A stretch of 64,000 bases of DNA, from positions 301,329 to 365,328 of the forward strand of contig NMRA01000378.1 of assembly GCA_002633005.1 (NCBI GenBank), in the 5' to 3' direction. Source of the stretch: Phoronis australis (lineage: Eukaryota; Animalia; Phoronida). Position 1 is the stretch's first letter, and each line of letters begins with the position of its first letter. Positions 37,501 through 47,734 of the stretch are shown one piece after another. The translations under genes and the position numbers were made by a program. A model generated the notes under the pieces. It searched no databases. It was not told the DNA's origin and saw only the letters and a list, made by a program, of their open reading frames with translations.

Positions 37501-39011
37501 GTTGAGGACCTAGCCTTATTCGGTACACCATGTCTTTACATAATGAACAACTTACCTGAATCTCTTCAGTGGGCAGGTACTCCTCTCTGAACTTTTGACC
37601 CTGAAGTCGGTACCACAATGCTGTCTTACCCACATTCCTGTCACCTCGAATGACCAGTTTCACTACAACAGGAATGCCAGTCAATGACTGCACTTGATTG
37701 ACTTTGATGGTTCCGCTGGGTGAACCAGATTGGTTTAAAAGCAGGAAGCGGTCATTGAGAACCAATCAGACGTCTGACAGTTGACCAGGCAATCATTGAT
37801 AGAAACAGCCACAGGAGCTTACATCTACATTCTCGTGTTTGACAGATCACAATGACCCTCCATGACTAGGTTACATTCAACAATACGATGATTCCATCTA
37901 CCAGAGCTGTAAAGGCTTACACTATTGTTCTGATAAGAATACCTGGTTCATCATCAGCAGACAAACGACTCGGTGTTCAGTTCAGCTGCTTGCTTTCAGA
38001 TCAGACAAGAAATGCCATCAAGACAGCAATGTGTTTGGAGAGTGATAGTCTTTTAAGCCAAGTCCTTTTTTGAGTACAATACTAGGATATTTTTCATTTT
38101 CATAATATCACATTCCAATTTGGGACTAAATAAGATTTTCCCTACTTTTAAAATAAGACCGATTTCATTGCTTCTGAGAATTCTCTGAATCCCAAACCGG
38201 TCCACAGGAAATTTTTTGCCAGGGACTAAATCCAATAGTAACAAACTGAGAATCATTCCCATAGTGCTGCCCCCTAGTGTTGTCACATGAACAAACCTAT
38301 GAATAACTAATGACGCATGTATTCTCTATGATAGTCTTCTAATGCAACTTGATCATCAGCCTTCACCTGGTACTGTTACCTTACATTTATAGAGAGAAAT
38401 CGGATGTTCCTATAAATAATATCCACCATTAATATCCGTGAAAGCATAAGGCTCACGTGGTGCCATATTGTTGAGTGGCCGGCATGTTACACATAACAAA
38501 GTGAATCTGTCTCTATATGTACCAGTGTTACTCACTGTTATGGTGTGATAGCAAACCTGTCTGAGTGTTACTCACGGTTATAGTGGGACAGTCAATTTCT
38601 GTCTGTATGAGTGTTAATTAGAGCTATAGAGTGACAGTAAATTGCTGTCCCTATATGTATGTTACTCACAGTTATATAGTGACAGTCAATTCTTGTCTCT
38701 ATATGTATGAGTGTTCCTTTCATTGAGTGAGAGTCAATCTCTGTCTCTATATGCACGAGTGTTACAGTCCAACGGTCAATCCCTGTCTCCACATGTATGA
38801 GCGTTATTCATAGTTATAGTCTAACAGCCAATCTCTGTCTCTGTATGTATGAATGTTACTTACTGTTATAATTAACACCACGCGCGAACCTTCTCTGAAG
38901 CTGAGCACCCATGGCCTGTACACCACTAGGGACGGGAGACGACTGGGCATCGGCTCCACCCTGCGTTGCAGGGCTGGCCTCTTTATCTTTGAACAGCTTA
39001 CGCAGAAACAT
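22538..39011 (-). CDS. RABL6: Rab-like protein 6 (RBEL1/PARF), 14 coding exons, about 761 aa
   Basis: Exons 38864-39011, 37556-37662, 37113-37238, 35890-35984, 34974-35114, 34065-34170, 33325-33428, 32131-32288, 31261-31395, 30241-30385, 27045-27696, 25700-25808, 23768-23841, 22538-22723; all phases are compatible (2286 nt). Recognised motifs: [63 protein letters not shown] and C-terminal [15 protein letters not shown]. Confidence 0.95.
23035..23192. repeat. 22-bp minisatellite, about 7 near-perfect copies
   Basis: (acacagaatcacacttgcacaa)n. Confidence 0.95.
24380..24580. repeat. About 36-38 bp degenerate tandem repeat, about 5 copies
   Basis: gccaacagagggctctatggtagtcaaatctgtc-like units. 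Confidence 0.8.
25048..25597. mobile_element. Kolobok-type non-autonomous element (MITE)
   Basis: TTAA at 25044-25047, then GGTTATCTAG; the right end is CTAGATAACC followed by a degenerate atga. Long diverged TIRs include atattttctgaaaggagaaagatcgagga vs tccttgatctatctcctttcagaaaatat. Confidence 0.65.
25811..26025. repeat. Degenerate (AATAC)n microsatellite abutting a RABL6 3' splice site
   Basis: (TTGTA)n on the sense strand runs directly into ...gtattcag at 25809-25810. Confidence 0.85.
26299..26520. repeat. 26-bp minisatellite, about 8 copies
   Basis: (ggtgtcatctgggaaggaatgggatt)n. Confidence 0.95.
27771..28178 (-). mobile_element. Complete short HINE-like (Helentron-associated) element
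   Basis: One end has the hairpin caacgc-aga-gcgttg plus subTIR atgcgcccac. The other end has a (GACG)n microsatellite, the IR atgcgtccacat-atat-atgtgggcgcat and an A-run. Two internal subunits carry ccagtagagggca and ccactagggggca. Confidence 0.8.
28330..30180. repeat. Older HINE-related diverged tandem subunits
   Basis: Recurrent aaaatggccactaggtggc / gccactagggggcac motifs with atccaaaatgggaag-like flanks, as in the 3577 and 27771 elements. Confidence 0.6.
30386..31140. repeat. About 101-122 bp tandem array, about 6-7 copies, in the RABL6 intron upstream of exon 10
   Basis: Repeated catgtatattacagttgacgtgtcatactgagtctgtcagtattgctcacaagcact... units. Confidence 0.9.
31430..32950. repeat. 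Degenerate HINE-related fragments on both sides of RABL6 exon 8 (31430-32002 and 32490-32950)
   Basis: Same aaaatggccac / agccactagg motifs. A terminal IR-like atgcactggcataatttgtaggtgcataaaa lies at about 31972-32002. Confidence 0.5.
33005..33190. repeat. 18-bp minisatellite
   Basis: (acacagtcaccagtcaca)n. Confidence 0.9.
33615..33750. repeat. About 38-bp tandem repeat, about 4 copies
   Basis: tgttgagcccataagaccaacgcaaatcatcaatcaag-like units. Confidence 0.85.
35154..35649. mobile_element. hAT-like MITE, family copy 1 (6-bp TSD)
   Basis: TIR cacggcttggaat / attccaagccttg; flanks agaaat / ataaat; highly similar to 39866-40281. Confidence 0.85.
36146..36262. repeat. About 58-bp perfect tandem duplication
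   Basis: aaattgaaattgcacccagttaactgagaaaataggttgttggttacaacttttgata x2. Confidence 0.95.
38500..38870. repeat. About 48-bp degenerate tandem array built from the RABL6 first coding exon donor site
   Basis: Units on the - strand read tataacNgtgagtaacactcatacatatagagacagagattgactgtc; the last unit is the real TATAACA|gtaagtaac junction. Confidence 0.8.
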
Positions 39012-39865
39012 GGTCACCTTCGACTACTCAAATCTACAATATAAGCAATCGCTCGCATTTAATAACATAATGAAACAGCTGCGCATATACACAATTGGTA
39101 TCTTCTTTACTATATTGTATATCTTGCCTTTCACTGTCTTAAATATGCAAACGTGTAAACTGCGTTATAGCGTTGTAAGAAAAACATAGCTTTCAACAGA
39201 CTTCTTAGTACGAGTCTAACTAAACTGAAATCTGATTCAGCTTATGATCTTAAGGTTTATGACTGTGAGATCTTAGAAATGTCTCCAAATTTGGCAAAGT
39301 TTCAAATGTCATATCTTAAAAATGGCAGATAAAATTCACTGGAAACTTTCAGACACTACGTTTTAGGCATAGTTCTCCAAAACTGTGTTAGGAATTGTTT
39401 TAAAAGTATTCAAGTTCTACAAGAGGGGCTAAGTTTATAATTGAAAAAATGCTATTGATGTCATTCATTGTTTTGGTGCAGACGTACCTTGTTTGCTTAA
39501 TTTCACTAGATATATATAATTATATTGAAGATGGTGAGCACTTGCAAGCTCCTCTGAGCACCTACTTCAGAACAACTTTTAGCAAGTGAACGCTATAGGT
39601 GAGCACTCGCAACCACTCTCTATAGGTTGTTTGCTTAGTAATCTAAGATGGTGACTGACGTGTCCCAAGACTGTATGTCGCATATGGAAATCCACAAGTA
39701 GGTACAATACGAGTGTCGGCAAAAGCTGTTGCAAATTTGATATTTAGAACTAAGTTAATTAAATTTGTGTAAGCTTGCATTATATTCAGTCACACAAGGA
39801 AGTCACATATCAAAACACTCCTCTCCCTTCTACAAATCAAGCATTCTGCCTGGCCCTCAGCTCAG

Positions 39866-40281
39866 CAGGGCTTGGAATGACCAATGACAAAAAACGCGGA
39901 AACTTTTACGGCCCGAACCATGCTCGCAGCCAGCCTTAAAATAGTCGGTGTGGACCTTTTACCGACAACAATCGGGAGGACTAAAAAAAAAACGGTACCG
40001 CCTCCATAAGCATGCGTCTGCGTCTTTTTAGCTCGTCCGCCACTCCCACCGCGCTATCCCAGATGCCCCGGCTATGTTGACAATTTACGTTTCTCCGAAA
40101 CATAAAGAGCAACTTCCGCTTTTCGAGGTGAAATTCGTCGGCATTGCCGCAGTAAGAAAGAAATTTGCAGCGGAAATTTTATCAAATCAGATTTTTTTTA
40201 CGCGGAAATATAATAAAATACGCGGATAGAACATTTCAAAAAAGGAGAAATACGTGTTTCTGCAGAAAATTCCAAGCCTTG
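39866..40281. mobile_element. hAT-like MITE, family copy 2 (6-bp TSD)
   Basis: TIR cagggcttggaat / attccaagccttg; exact 6-bp flank gctcag (39860-39865, 40282-40287); lacks an internal segment present in copy 1. Confidence 0.85.
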
Positions 40282-40404
40282 GCTCAGGTCGGCCACATTT
40301 CTTGGAAGTTGCCAATCCTGTGCTAGAAATTTGGCTACCATCCGCCTCAAGAGGAGTCTTCTTTTTGTTCTGACAATGGGCGCCAATCAGTAACGTAGAA
40401 AATA

Positions 40405-40590
40405 CCATACGCCAACAGCGTGTATCGAACCCTGGATGCCAGTGTGCTAGTCAAGCATCTGTTGTAGGTGTGCATTCAGTGAATGATATGAGCCTCTGCT
40501 AACCACTCACTACCGGGCAATTGCCTTTTAGCTTATTGGTTAGCATGCTCACCGGTTTTATTGGGGTCGCTGGTTTGATTCTCAGGTTGG
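40405..40590. mobile_element. Two back-to-back degenerate tRNA-derived SINE heads
   Basis: - strand: A-box-like tagtgagtggttagc and B-box-like gggttcgatac (40405-40524). + strand: tagcttattggttagc ... ggtttgattctc (40526-40590). No intact cloverleaf. Confidence 0.4.
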
Positions 40591-41743
40591 ATAATCTCGA
40601 CTATTGCTACAAAACCGTTTGGCCAAGAGACAAATGCCGCTTGGCAAGTGATTTAGGGAGGTATATACGACTTGATGTCATACCCTGATGTATCATGTTA
40701 CAATGTAAATTTAAGTTATGGTAATGTAAGTATTGGCTGGGTACAGGGGCAGATCCAGCAGGAGTTTGAGTAAGGGGGGTGGGTAAGGGCAGAGCATTAG
40801 CCAGGGTTTTGCCTGTCGAACATTCTCACCTCCAAACTGCCAAATGGAATCTGGCCGAATTTAAAGGGGGGGGGTCATAGTTCCCTTGCNCCCCCCCCCC
40901 CCCCATCCTTGATATTTCTGTGACTTGTCGGTTATACGATTCCCTGGCTGTTTGTTTCATTTGTACTGCTAGCGGGAGGCTGCTGACGGTCAGTGTGCAA
41001 TCAGACAGTCTGGACGAGCGCCACGATTGGGTTTTAGTTTTGGTAGCTGTGTTTTAACTGGTGAGTAACTTTTAATTCTGGAAGCCTGTACTATTAAATA
41101 CAGCAGTACCTGTCTCCTTTCGGGAATGAATTGATTTGACAAAAGATGCAATAATAGAAAAAAAGACTCTTTTCTCATCCAGGGGTCACAATACTCACTC
41201 TATCAAAACAAAACACGTTCTTTAAACTTGCGCTTTACTCATCTTCTAAACGTCTGGAGTGAACCCAACAACAACCGGAAGTTAAGATAATACGCTGAAA
41301 ACCACTCCGCCGGTTCCGGTTACTCTGAATTTAAGTAGTTCGCAAATCGTGCCTGAAATAGCCAGTTTTCTATACTATGATCATCGTTAGAACAACGTCT
41401 CACTTTTACACATTTTTAAAGCGACTGCAAGCAAAGATTTGGCGACCTACACTGTTACCCGTCTACCAACAAGCAGCGCAATCAGTCGATCTAAGCTAGG
41501 ATCAAACACTACTCACCAACTGATGACTGTCATGCAAGTTTGACGATTGTTTTGCCTTGGACACACAATATGGGTCCGTAAATATGTTTACAGTATTGCG
41601 TGGACCGTGTCATACTGTTTATGCCAATGTCAAATGCTATCGGGGAACCAATGCTTGATTCCCCATAATATGCTATCGGCCGGGACAAAGTTTCTGCTTT
41701 CCGTGTTTACCCGGCGTACTGAAGTACTGAGTCCTGGTGGCTC

Positions 41744-42019
41744 TGCGCGTTATGGGAATCTGATCCTGATCAGTAGGAATTTTAAAGATTATTTGAGGGA
41801 AAACTCGTAAAAAATCGGGATTCCTATATTGCGCAAGCTTGCGCGTTATGGGAATCTGTGCCTAATAGGCGTTTTGAACAATATTTGAGCCAAAAACAAG
41901 TAAATCGGGATTCCTATATTGCGCAAGCCGCTTGCGCGTTATGGGAATCTGAGCCTAATAGGCGTTTTGAACAATATTTGAGGGAAAACTCGTAAAAATC
42001 GAGATTCCTATATTGCGCA
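41744..42019. repeat. Three tandem 86-92 bp units, each bounded by 17-bp inverted repeats
   Basis: Units at 41744, 41840 and 41933 start tgcgcgttatgggaatc and end gattcctatattgcgca (14/17 complementary). Confidence 0.9.
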
Positions 42020-44595
42020 CTGATTCTGATAATGACGACATACCCGACAGCAATGTCCTCGAGATCAGGCGACGGGGACGGCTGACAACTAAACCGACTC
42101 GTTCCATCGTTGGACAATGCTATTTAGGACTGACTCAAGCAGATGCTTAGAACTGGGAAAATCAGTGTAGCTGTAGATCCTTGATATCACTAAAGTTTAA
42201 TTTTTAAAAGGTCGGTATATATAGAAATTAGCTGGCTCAGTCATGTTAAAGTGCACTCAGGAGAAACTGGTATTCACACGGTTTGGCCTCTGAAATTCAG
42301 TGGAAAGTAGGCACAAAGTACGGACTAAAAGGGAGTTCAAGTTGGATGTAATTGGACGAGAATACTAGTTGGTGTTCCGTGGTGCCGATTCAACATACTG
42401 CTCACGAGACCGGCTTACCCAATCGCTCGTCACTGCTGCAGAATTGCTCAGTGCCGGAAAGAAGCACAACATTAGTACCTGTGGATTACGTTCTGGTTTA
42501 GGTTAGACGTCAAATTTAGTGTCCCGTTCACTCAGAACCATGCACTTTCACCGTAACCTGAAATAAAATCAGAACCGTAAAGCTATTGCTCTCAGGTTCT
42601 ACCCCGAGTCAGCGAGTGCCCGATCACTGAACGATAACAGTCGGTGAAGCTTGGGTGGATGGTTTCTTTGGAGATAGGGGCAGATTTTAAGGTTCGAACC
42701 GGTCTAGTGGTCGATCGTTTACGGCGCCATCTTCATTGCACTGGCTGATTACCCGTCAGTTACACAATCAACTTGTTAGGTGTTTTCCATATCATTTCAT
42801 TAAAAAAGTACTGCATTTACGTTACTTGGCGGGCACTGAATTACTAATTTCGGCCGCATACAAAAATATCCAGTAGGTCCCATGCAGTGCACTCAGATCA
42901 AGCAGCGGCTGAGGCTCTCTCAAAGTGACACATTGTTTTTTTACAACCTAATACGTCTGCAGATTCTTATGTTATTTCCGCTCCACACCACTCTTATCAC
43001 TTATTTCGTATTCTGCTGAATCATGATCTGAAAATTCAACTCTGCGCATTGCACGATGACGAACTTTTGAAATATAATATTTACAAACTTTCAAAACGAA
43101 ACTATAAAGATTGCATTGTCGCCCCTTATTTGTTTATAATGGCCTCATTATCTAAAGAACGAGAATATCAACAAGCTGAGGCGATCAACAAAAGCAACAC
43201 GATGTCTTTGATCTAAACCGGCAGATTCCGTGGTGGGCAAACCTGTCGAGTTGGTCAATCTCGACCAGTAAGGGAGTCAACGTAGGATTTTTTTGATGTT
43301 TACAAGATCTTGTCTTCTGTATCTCAATTGGTCCGTGTCTTGTTTTTCTAAACCGCATCCCAGGCTCCATAAGACTATACGACGAGGTGATACACCACAA
43401 AACTACGAAACGCGACCGTTTGAACAACAATGAATACATTGGCTGCTTAAATACCAAATTTCATCATGAACACACGAGCATAGATTTTGCTTTCCATTTG
43501 CATTACTGATTTTTCAAATCTGTTGCAAAGTTCTGGGTTTTTATAAATTTAGAGCCAGGCTCGAAAATGCTTCTTTTTCACACGAACCCTGATGAAAGAT
43601 ATTTCAAGGCAAATTTGTGATTGTCGGCTTCATTTTAAAACTTACAATTGCAAAACTAAAAGCTCACTTTACTTTCTCTAAACTAAGATAATAAGTTCTT
43701 CCCATGCAGGTGAACAACATGAATTAAAGCAGAAATCACATCGAAATGTTTTCTGACACAGTGAGAGAGTAAAGTTTTTAACATTCACTATCGAGCCTGC
43801 TTTCTTGACTTGTAATCAAAAGAGTGCCTTTGACCCTAAAACAAAATATATGAAGAAGGATAATTCAAGTTGAAATCTGAATGAAGTATGTCTTTGAAAT
43901 TGTCAAAACATACATCAGGAAATGCTATTGGTTTGCAAAACAGTAATATTTATTTTTTTTACTTTTTAAACAAAATTGCACGAAAATGATATTTACAAAT
44001 GACAAAACTAAAAAACGTCGAAATTGTCACATTTCAAAGAATTTCGCATTTGAGCTCCTTGAATATGAGTTGCTTTAGTTTCACCTATATGCTTCTGTAA
44101 TGAGCTATACAGTTAGTTATACAGCATATTACAAGTGAAAATATACATAAACAAAATTCAACGGAGTCCTAAAAATTTATGTTATTTCAAATCGATTATG
44201 CTTCGCATGAATTAAAGAAGAAATCCTGATGGTTCGATGAGGAACATCTACGATTAGACTAATTTCAAGTTCTAAATAATTTAAGGTAATTTTATCTCGA
44301 TTTCACTGTGTTTTAAAAAACAAAAAAAAATCGGATTTTAGATTAATTAATTTGCTTGCAGTTCTGCCCGATATCTTGGTGAGAAAACGTTAAAAGGATA
44401 CCAAACCGGGTTTTGTCCTGTTAATAGATAATATAAACGACTTTTCCAACCAACTCACAATTATAGTAATCCTCAATCAAACCCGAAAAGTTAGGAGTAC
44501 AATTCGAAAATCCCTTTGAAAGCCTGCGAAACGGGCCCACGCAAGTTGGCCCACCAAGTACCATAATATCCAATCTGGGACGTACATGGGTGAGT

Positions 44596-44811
44596 TTAGG
44601 GCGGATTCCTGCTTTCATCTAAGATTGACGCTTGAGGTGACAGAACGACGTGAGTGACGAAATATTGAGTAAGTAACTAGGACCGGTAGCGGAGAAGGAG
44701 GGGACCCCAGATCGCGGCGTACCCGTGCTGCACCTACAATCGAGCTTTGCCCAATTCCCCGAGACAACATGTTGGGCCCCACCCCCTTATTATATCCTAG
44801 ATCCGCCACTG
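44596..44811. mobile_element. GGCGGATC-terminus MITE (hAT/Harbinger-like); related ends at about 6525, 40744 and 54598
   Basis: tagggcggattcc ... cctagatccgccactg inverted termini. Confidence 0.5.
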
Positions 44812-47379
44812 GTATCTGTCAAAGATTTGCACGAAGAATTAATCTAGCCAATGCCGTTTTTTCCCCAGTGGCAATTTAATTATTCAATTTGTCTGTTCTG
44901 AACGCCCCTCCCCTCTTTATCTGCTGAACGAATCAAAGGATTCCATGCAATTTGGCACCATGTGTCACTTGTTGAAGACTCGCCGGTTTGAAAAGTTCTC
45001 TGATCACTTTTTACATTAACTTACAGTACAATATGAACAATTGCTGCACTTGAAATTGCCATCCGGGGTTTTTGGTGCGGAGAGCCAAGACGCATCGTTG
45101 CCGTACACTAGTAATCATTGATGATTTTGTAAGCTTTTTTGCGTCAAGTCCAAAATCGTCAGCTTTAGGTCGTTTAAACCTTAGTCAAAAATCAAACTCT
45201 GGGATGCCAAATTTCCTCCCTAGAGCTCAACAGGTGTGTTTCTAATTAACACTGTTCTCCGTCCAATTAATTGCAATCCATTTTTTTACCAACTTAGCTG
45301 CTTTCTCACCGACTGCAGCATTACTTTTGTCAAGATCGATTGTCATTTCATGGACCTTCCGTGATTTTTGGTTTCCGCATAGTTAGACTTATATGGGGCT
45401 TTATTTGTGAGAAAATCCAGACCTACGCAAAATTATATAAAGGAATGTGTAAATGTGTGCAAATATGTTTGAAACTACACAGCAAATTGTTTAAATTGCA
45501 TTGAATGAATTGCATTGCGAGAGTTTGATATCGCGGTTCCTTTGGCACACAAATTTTCATTAGGGACTATACAATTACGGAATTAAGAGTGAAAATAACC
45601 AAAATATTTTAATTGAATCTTTGTCACAAATATCACAGATTTGAAGATCCCTGGGAATACGTGTTACATGTGGACACACATGTTGAGTGAATGATTGAAT
45701 GCCGTGTTGTGTAGTGTGGCAAAAGTACTCTGTTCAAAGTTAATGACAAGAGGGCGGAGTCATGAAAATTTGGGCGGGGTCAGACTTGAGAATTGTAGGA
45801 CAAGTTTGGATCAGTTGAGATTCATGCATTGTAACGACTAAAACTTGCTATAGTCCAGCTCATTTGGGACAGATATTTTGGCAAAGCCAAATTTGACTGG
45901 ACTAAAGCGCCAAGCGCAAAACTGATAAATACCTAAAAATCTATGTTGTGGTTAAATGGATATCCAATACACGCACGTCCTAGTTACAGAATTTTGGTTG
46001 AATGTATTTGCTGACAACACACGGAACTGGTATGACAGCACCCTCTGGTGAGCTGGTTAAAGCTGCAGTCCTACCTGTGCATTGTCATGGACATGTGAAA
46101 ATGGTCAACATCTCCTGCCATCTATTGGCAATTAGAGCATGACATCACACTGTCTTCCTTACACCTGTTTATTTAATGAACAAGTCGCCAAGTGCATACA
46201 TATTACTCTTCAGTGTTGAATCAGAAGTAGTGCACTTCCTTAGTCATGTAGAGTCGTGGAAAAATGTCCAAATTTTGGTCAACTTAAGACTATCACATCT
46301 CAAAATTTGTAACTTACATACTTTGCTTTATGCTATGTTCTCCAAAACCTGTTGATAATTGTTTAAAACAACATTTTTGCACGAGGCAAAATTAAATAGG
46401 ACTTTCATGATGTTGGCAAAAAAGTTGCAAAATGAAGATAATTTAGAAAACAGTACAAAAGACTCGAGATTTCATCTTGAACATGTGCATTCATCGAAAA
46501 TTTGTTCAAGTTATTAATATCGTTGTTTTATTATCAATTTACCTTGATTTTAAACAATAAACTTTACCAAAAATATGGTTAGGTGATCTAGCTCATAGCA
46601 GATTGGTGAAAAATTTACAGTCAACTTTTACAGGTTTGCCACTTTAAGAAATTATAAACTTTTACTGAGTTAAAATCTGTAGTTTTGTAGAAATTTTACT
46701 AAATGCACAAATGTATCAATAAGGTCTTACACAAGATCACTGACTTCCCACCAGGTGGTGTACAGTTCATATTTCAGTCTACAATATGTAACTGGTCAGT
46801 CCATGTAAAACTGCCCACTCCTGTTGTCAATCTGCTGAACATCCGACTTGAATATCTGTAGGTTATATTGCTGTTCCCTGTTCTTCATCACCAGCTTTAA
46901 AAGGTCACACCCACCAGTTTGATTTAACCTCTGGTCTGTTTAGGTAGCACATGACACAACTGATTTTCTCATTGAAAAAAATTAACGTTTTTGAGTGCTC
47001 GCCATATTATACATGCACTGCACACAATCTCAATTATCAAAGAGTTGTAAATGCAACCTGTTTGAATTTGTGAGTGTGGAGACAGCAGCTGTCAGTGTTA
47101 TGGGTGGCAAGTTTAATAACGTTTGAGTGTACACATGTACAAGTGGTGACTTGATGTACCATGTTGGAACCCGTGACCAAAAACAGCAGTGCCATCCTCG
47201 TCATGAGGGCAGCAGCCTGGTCACACTACCACACAGCACCCTCTGTAGTGTTGTTATTGTGATTCAACACGACAACTTTAAAGAGTCCCCTGTGGAATGT
47301 ACATTGCCAAGCTCTCTGGACCATGCATTAAGTATCTACGAAACACCTGCTGTGCAGCCTTTGTGATGCAGCAACGGCT

Positions 47380-47498
47380 TTCAAGGGCTCCACTTTCAGG
47401 TGCTCAAGTGGCTCCACCTTCTGTCGTTGAAGTGGCTCCATCTTTAGGCCATACAGTGGCTCCACCTTCAGGCATTGAAATACCCCTACCTTCAGGAG
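47380..47498. repeat. 24-bp degenerate tandem repeat, about 5 copies, downstream of the MED27 stop
   Basis: gtggctccaccttcagg-based units. Confidence 0.8.
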
Positions 47499-47734
47499 CA
47501 CTCTGTGATGCAGGGTGTTCGAGAGTAAACTTGCAGCAATAATGAGGCCAATACCATCAGTGCGGCAATATCCTACCCAGACGTAAGCTGACTCACAAAA
47601 CATCAGGTGTTCGCTTCCAGGATTTGATGGGTTTTAACCAAGCTCACAAGAAAGTCGTCCAATAGCATGCACCTCATCACTACAGTACAGTAGAAGACCT
47701 CCACCACAGACACATACAGCTAGACATGGATGCA

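Noticed and set aside
40405-40590. Functional tRNA genes
   Set aside because: Only A/B-box remnants, with no intact cloverleaf.
47297-47542. ORF with 8-aa repeats (VAPPSG)
   Set aside because: Derived from a 24-bp minisatellite downstream of and antisense to MED27; no start or splice support.
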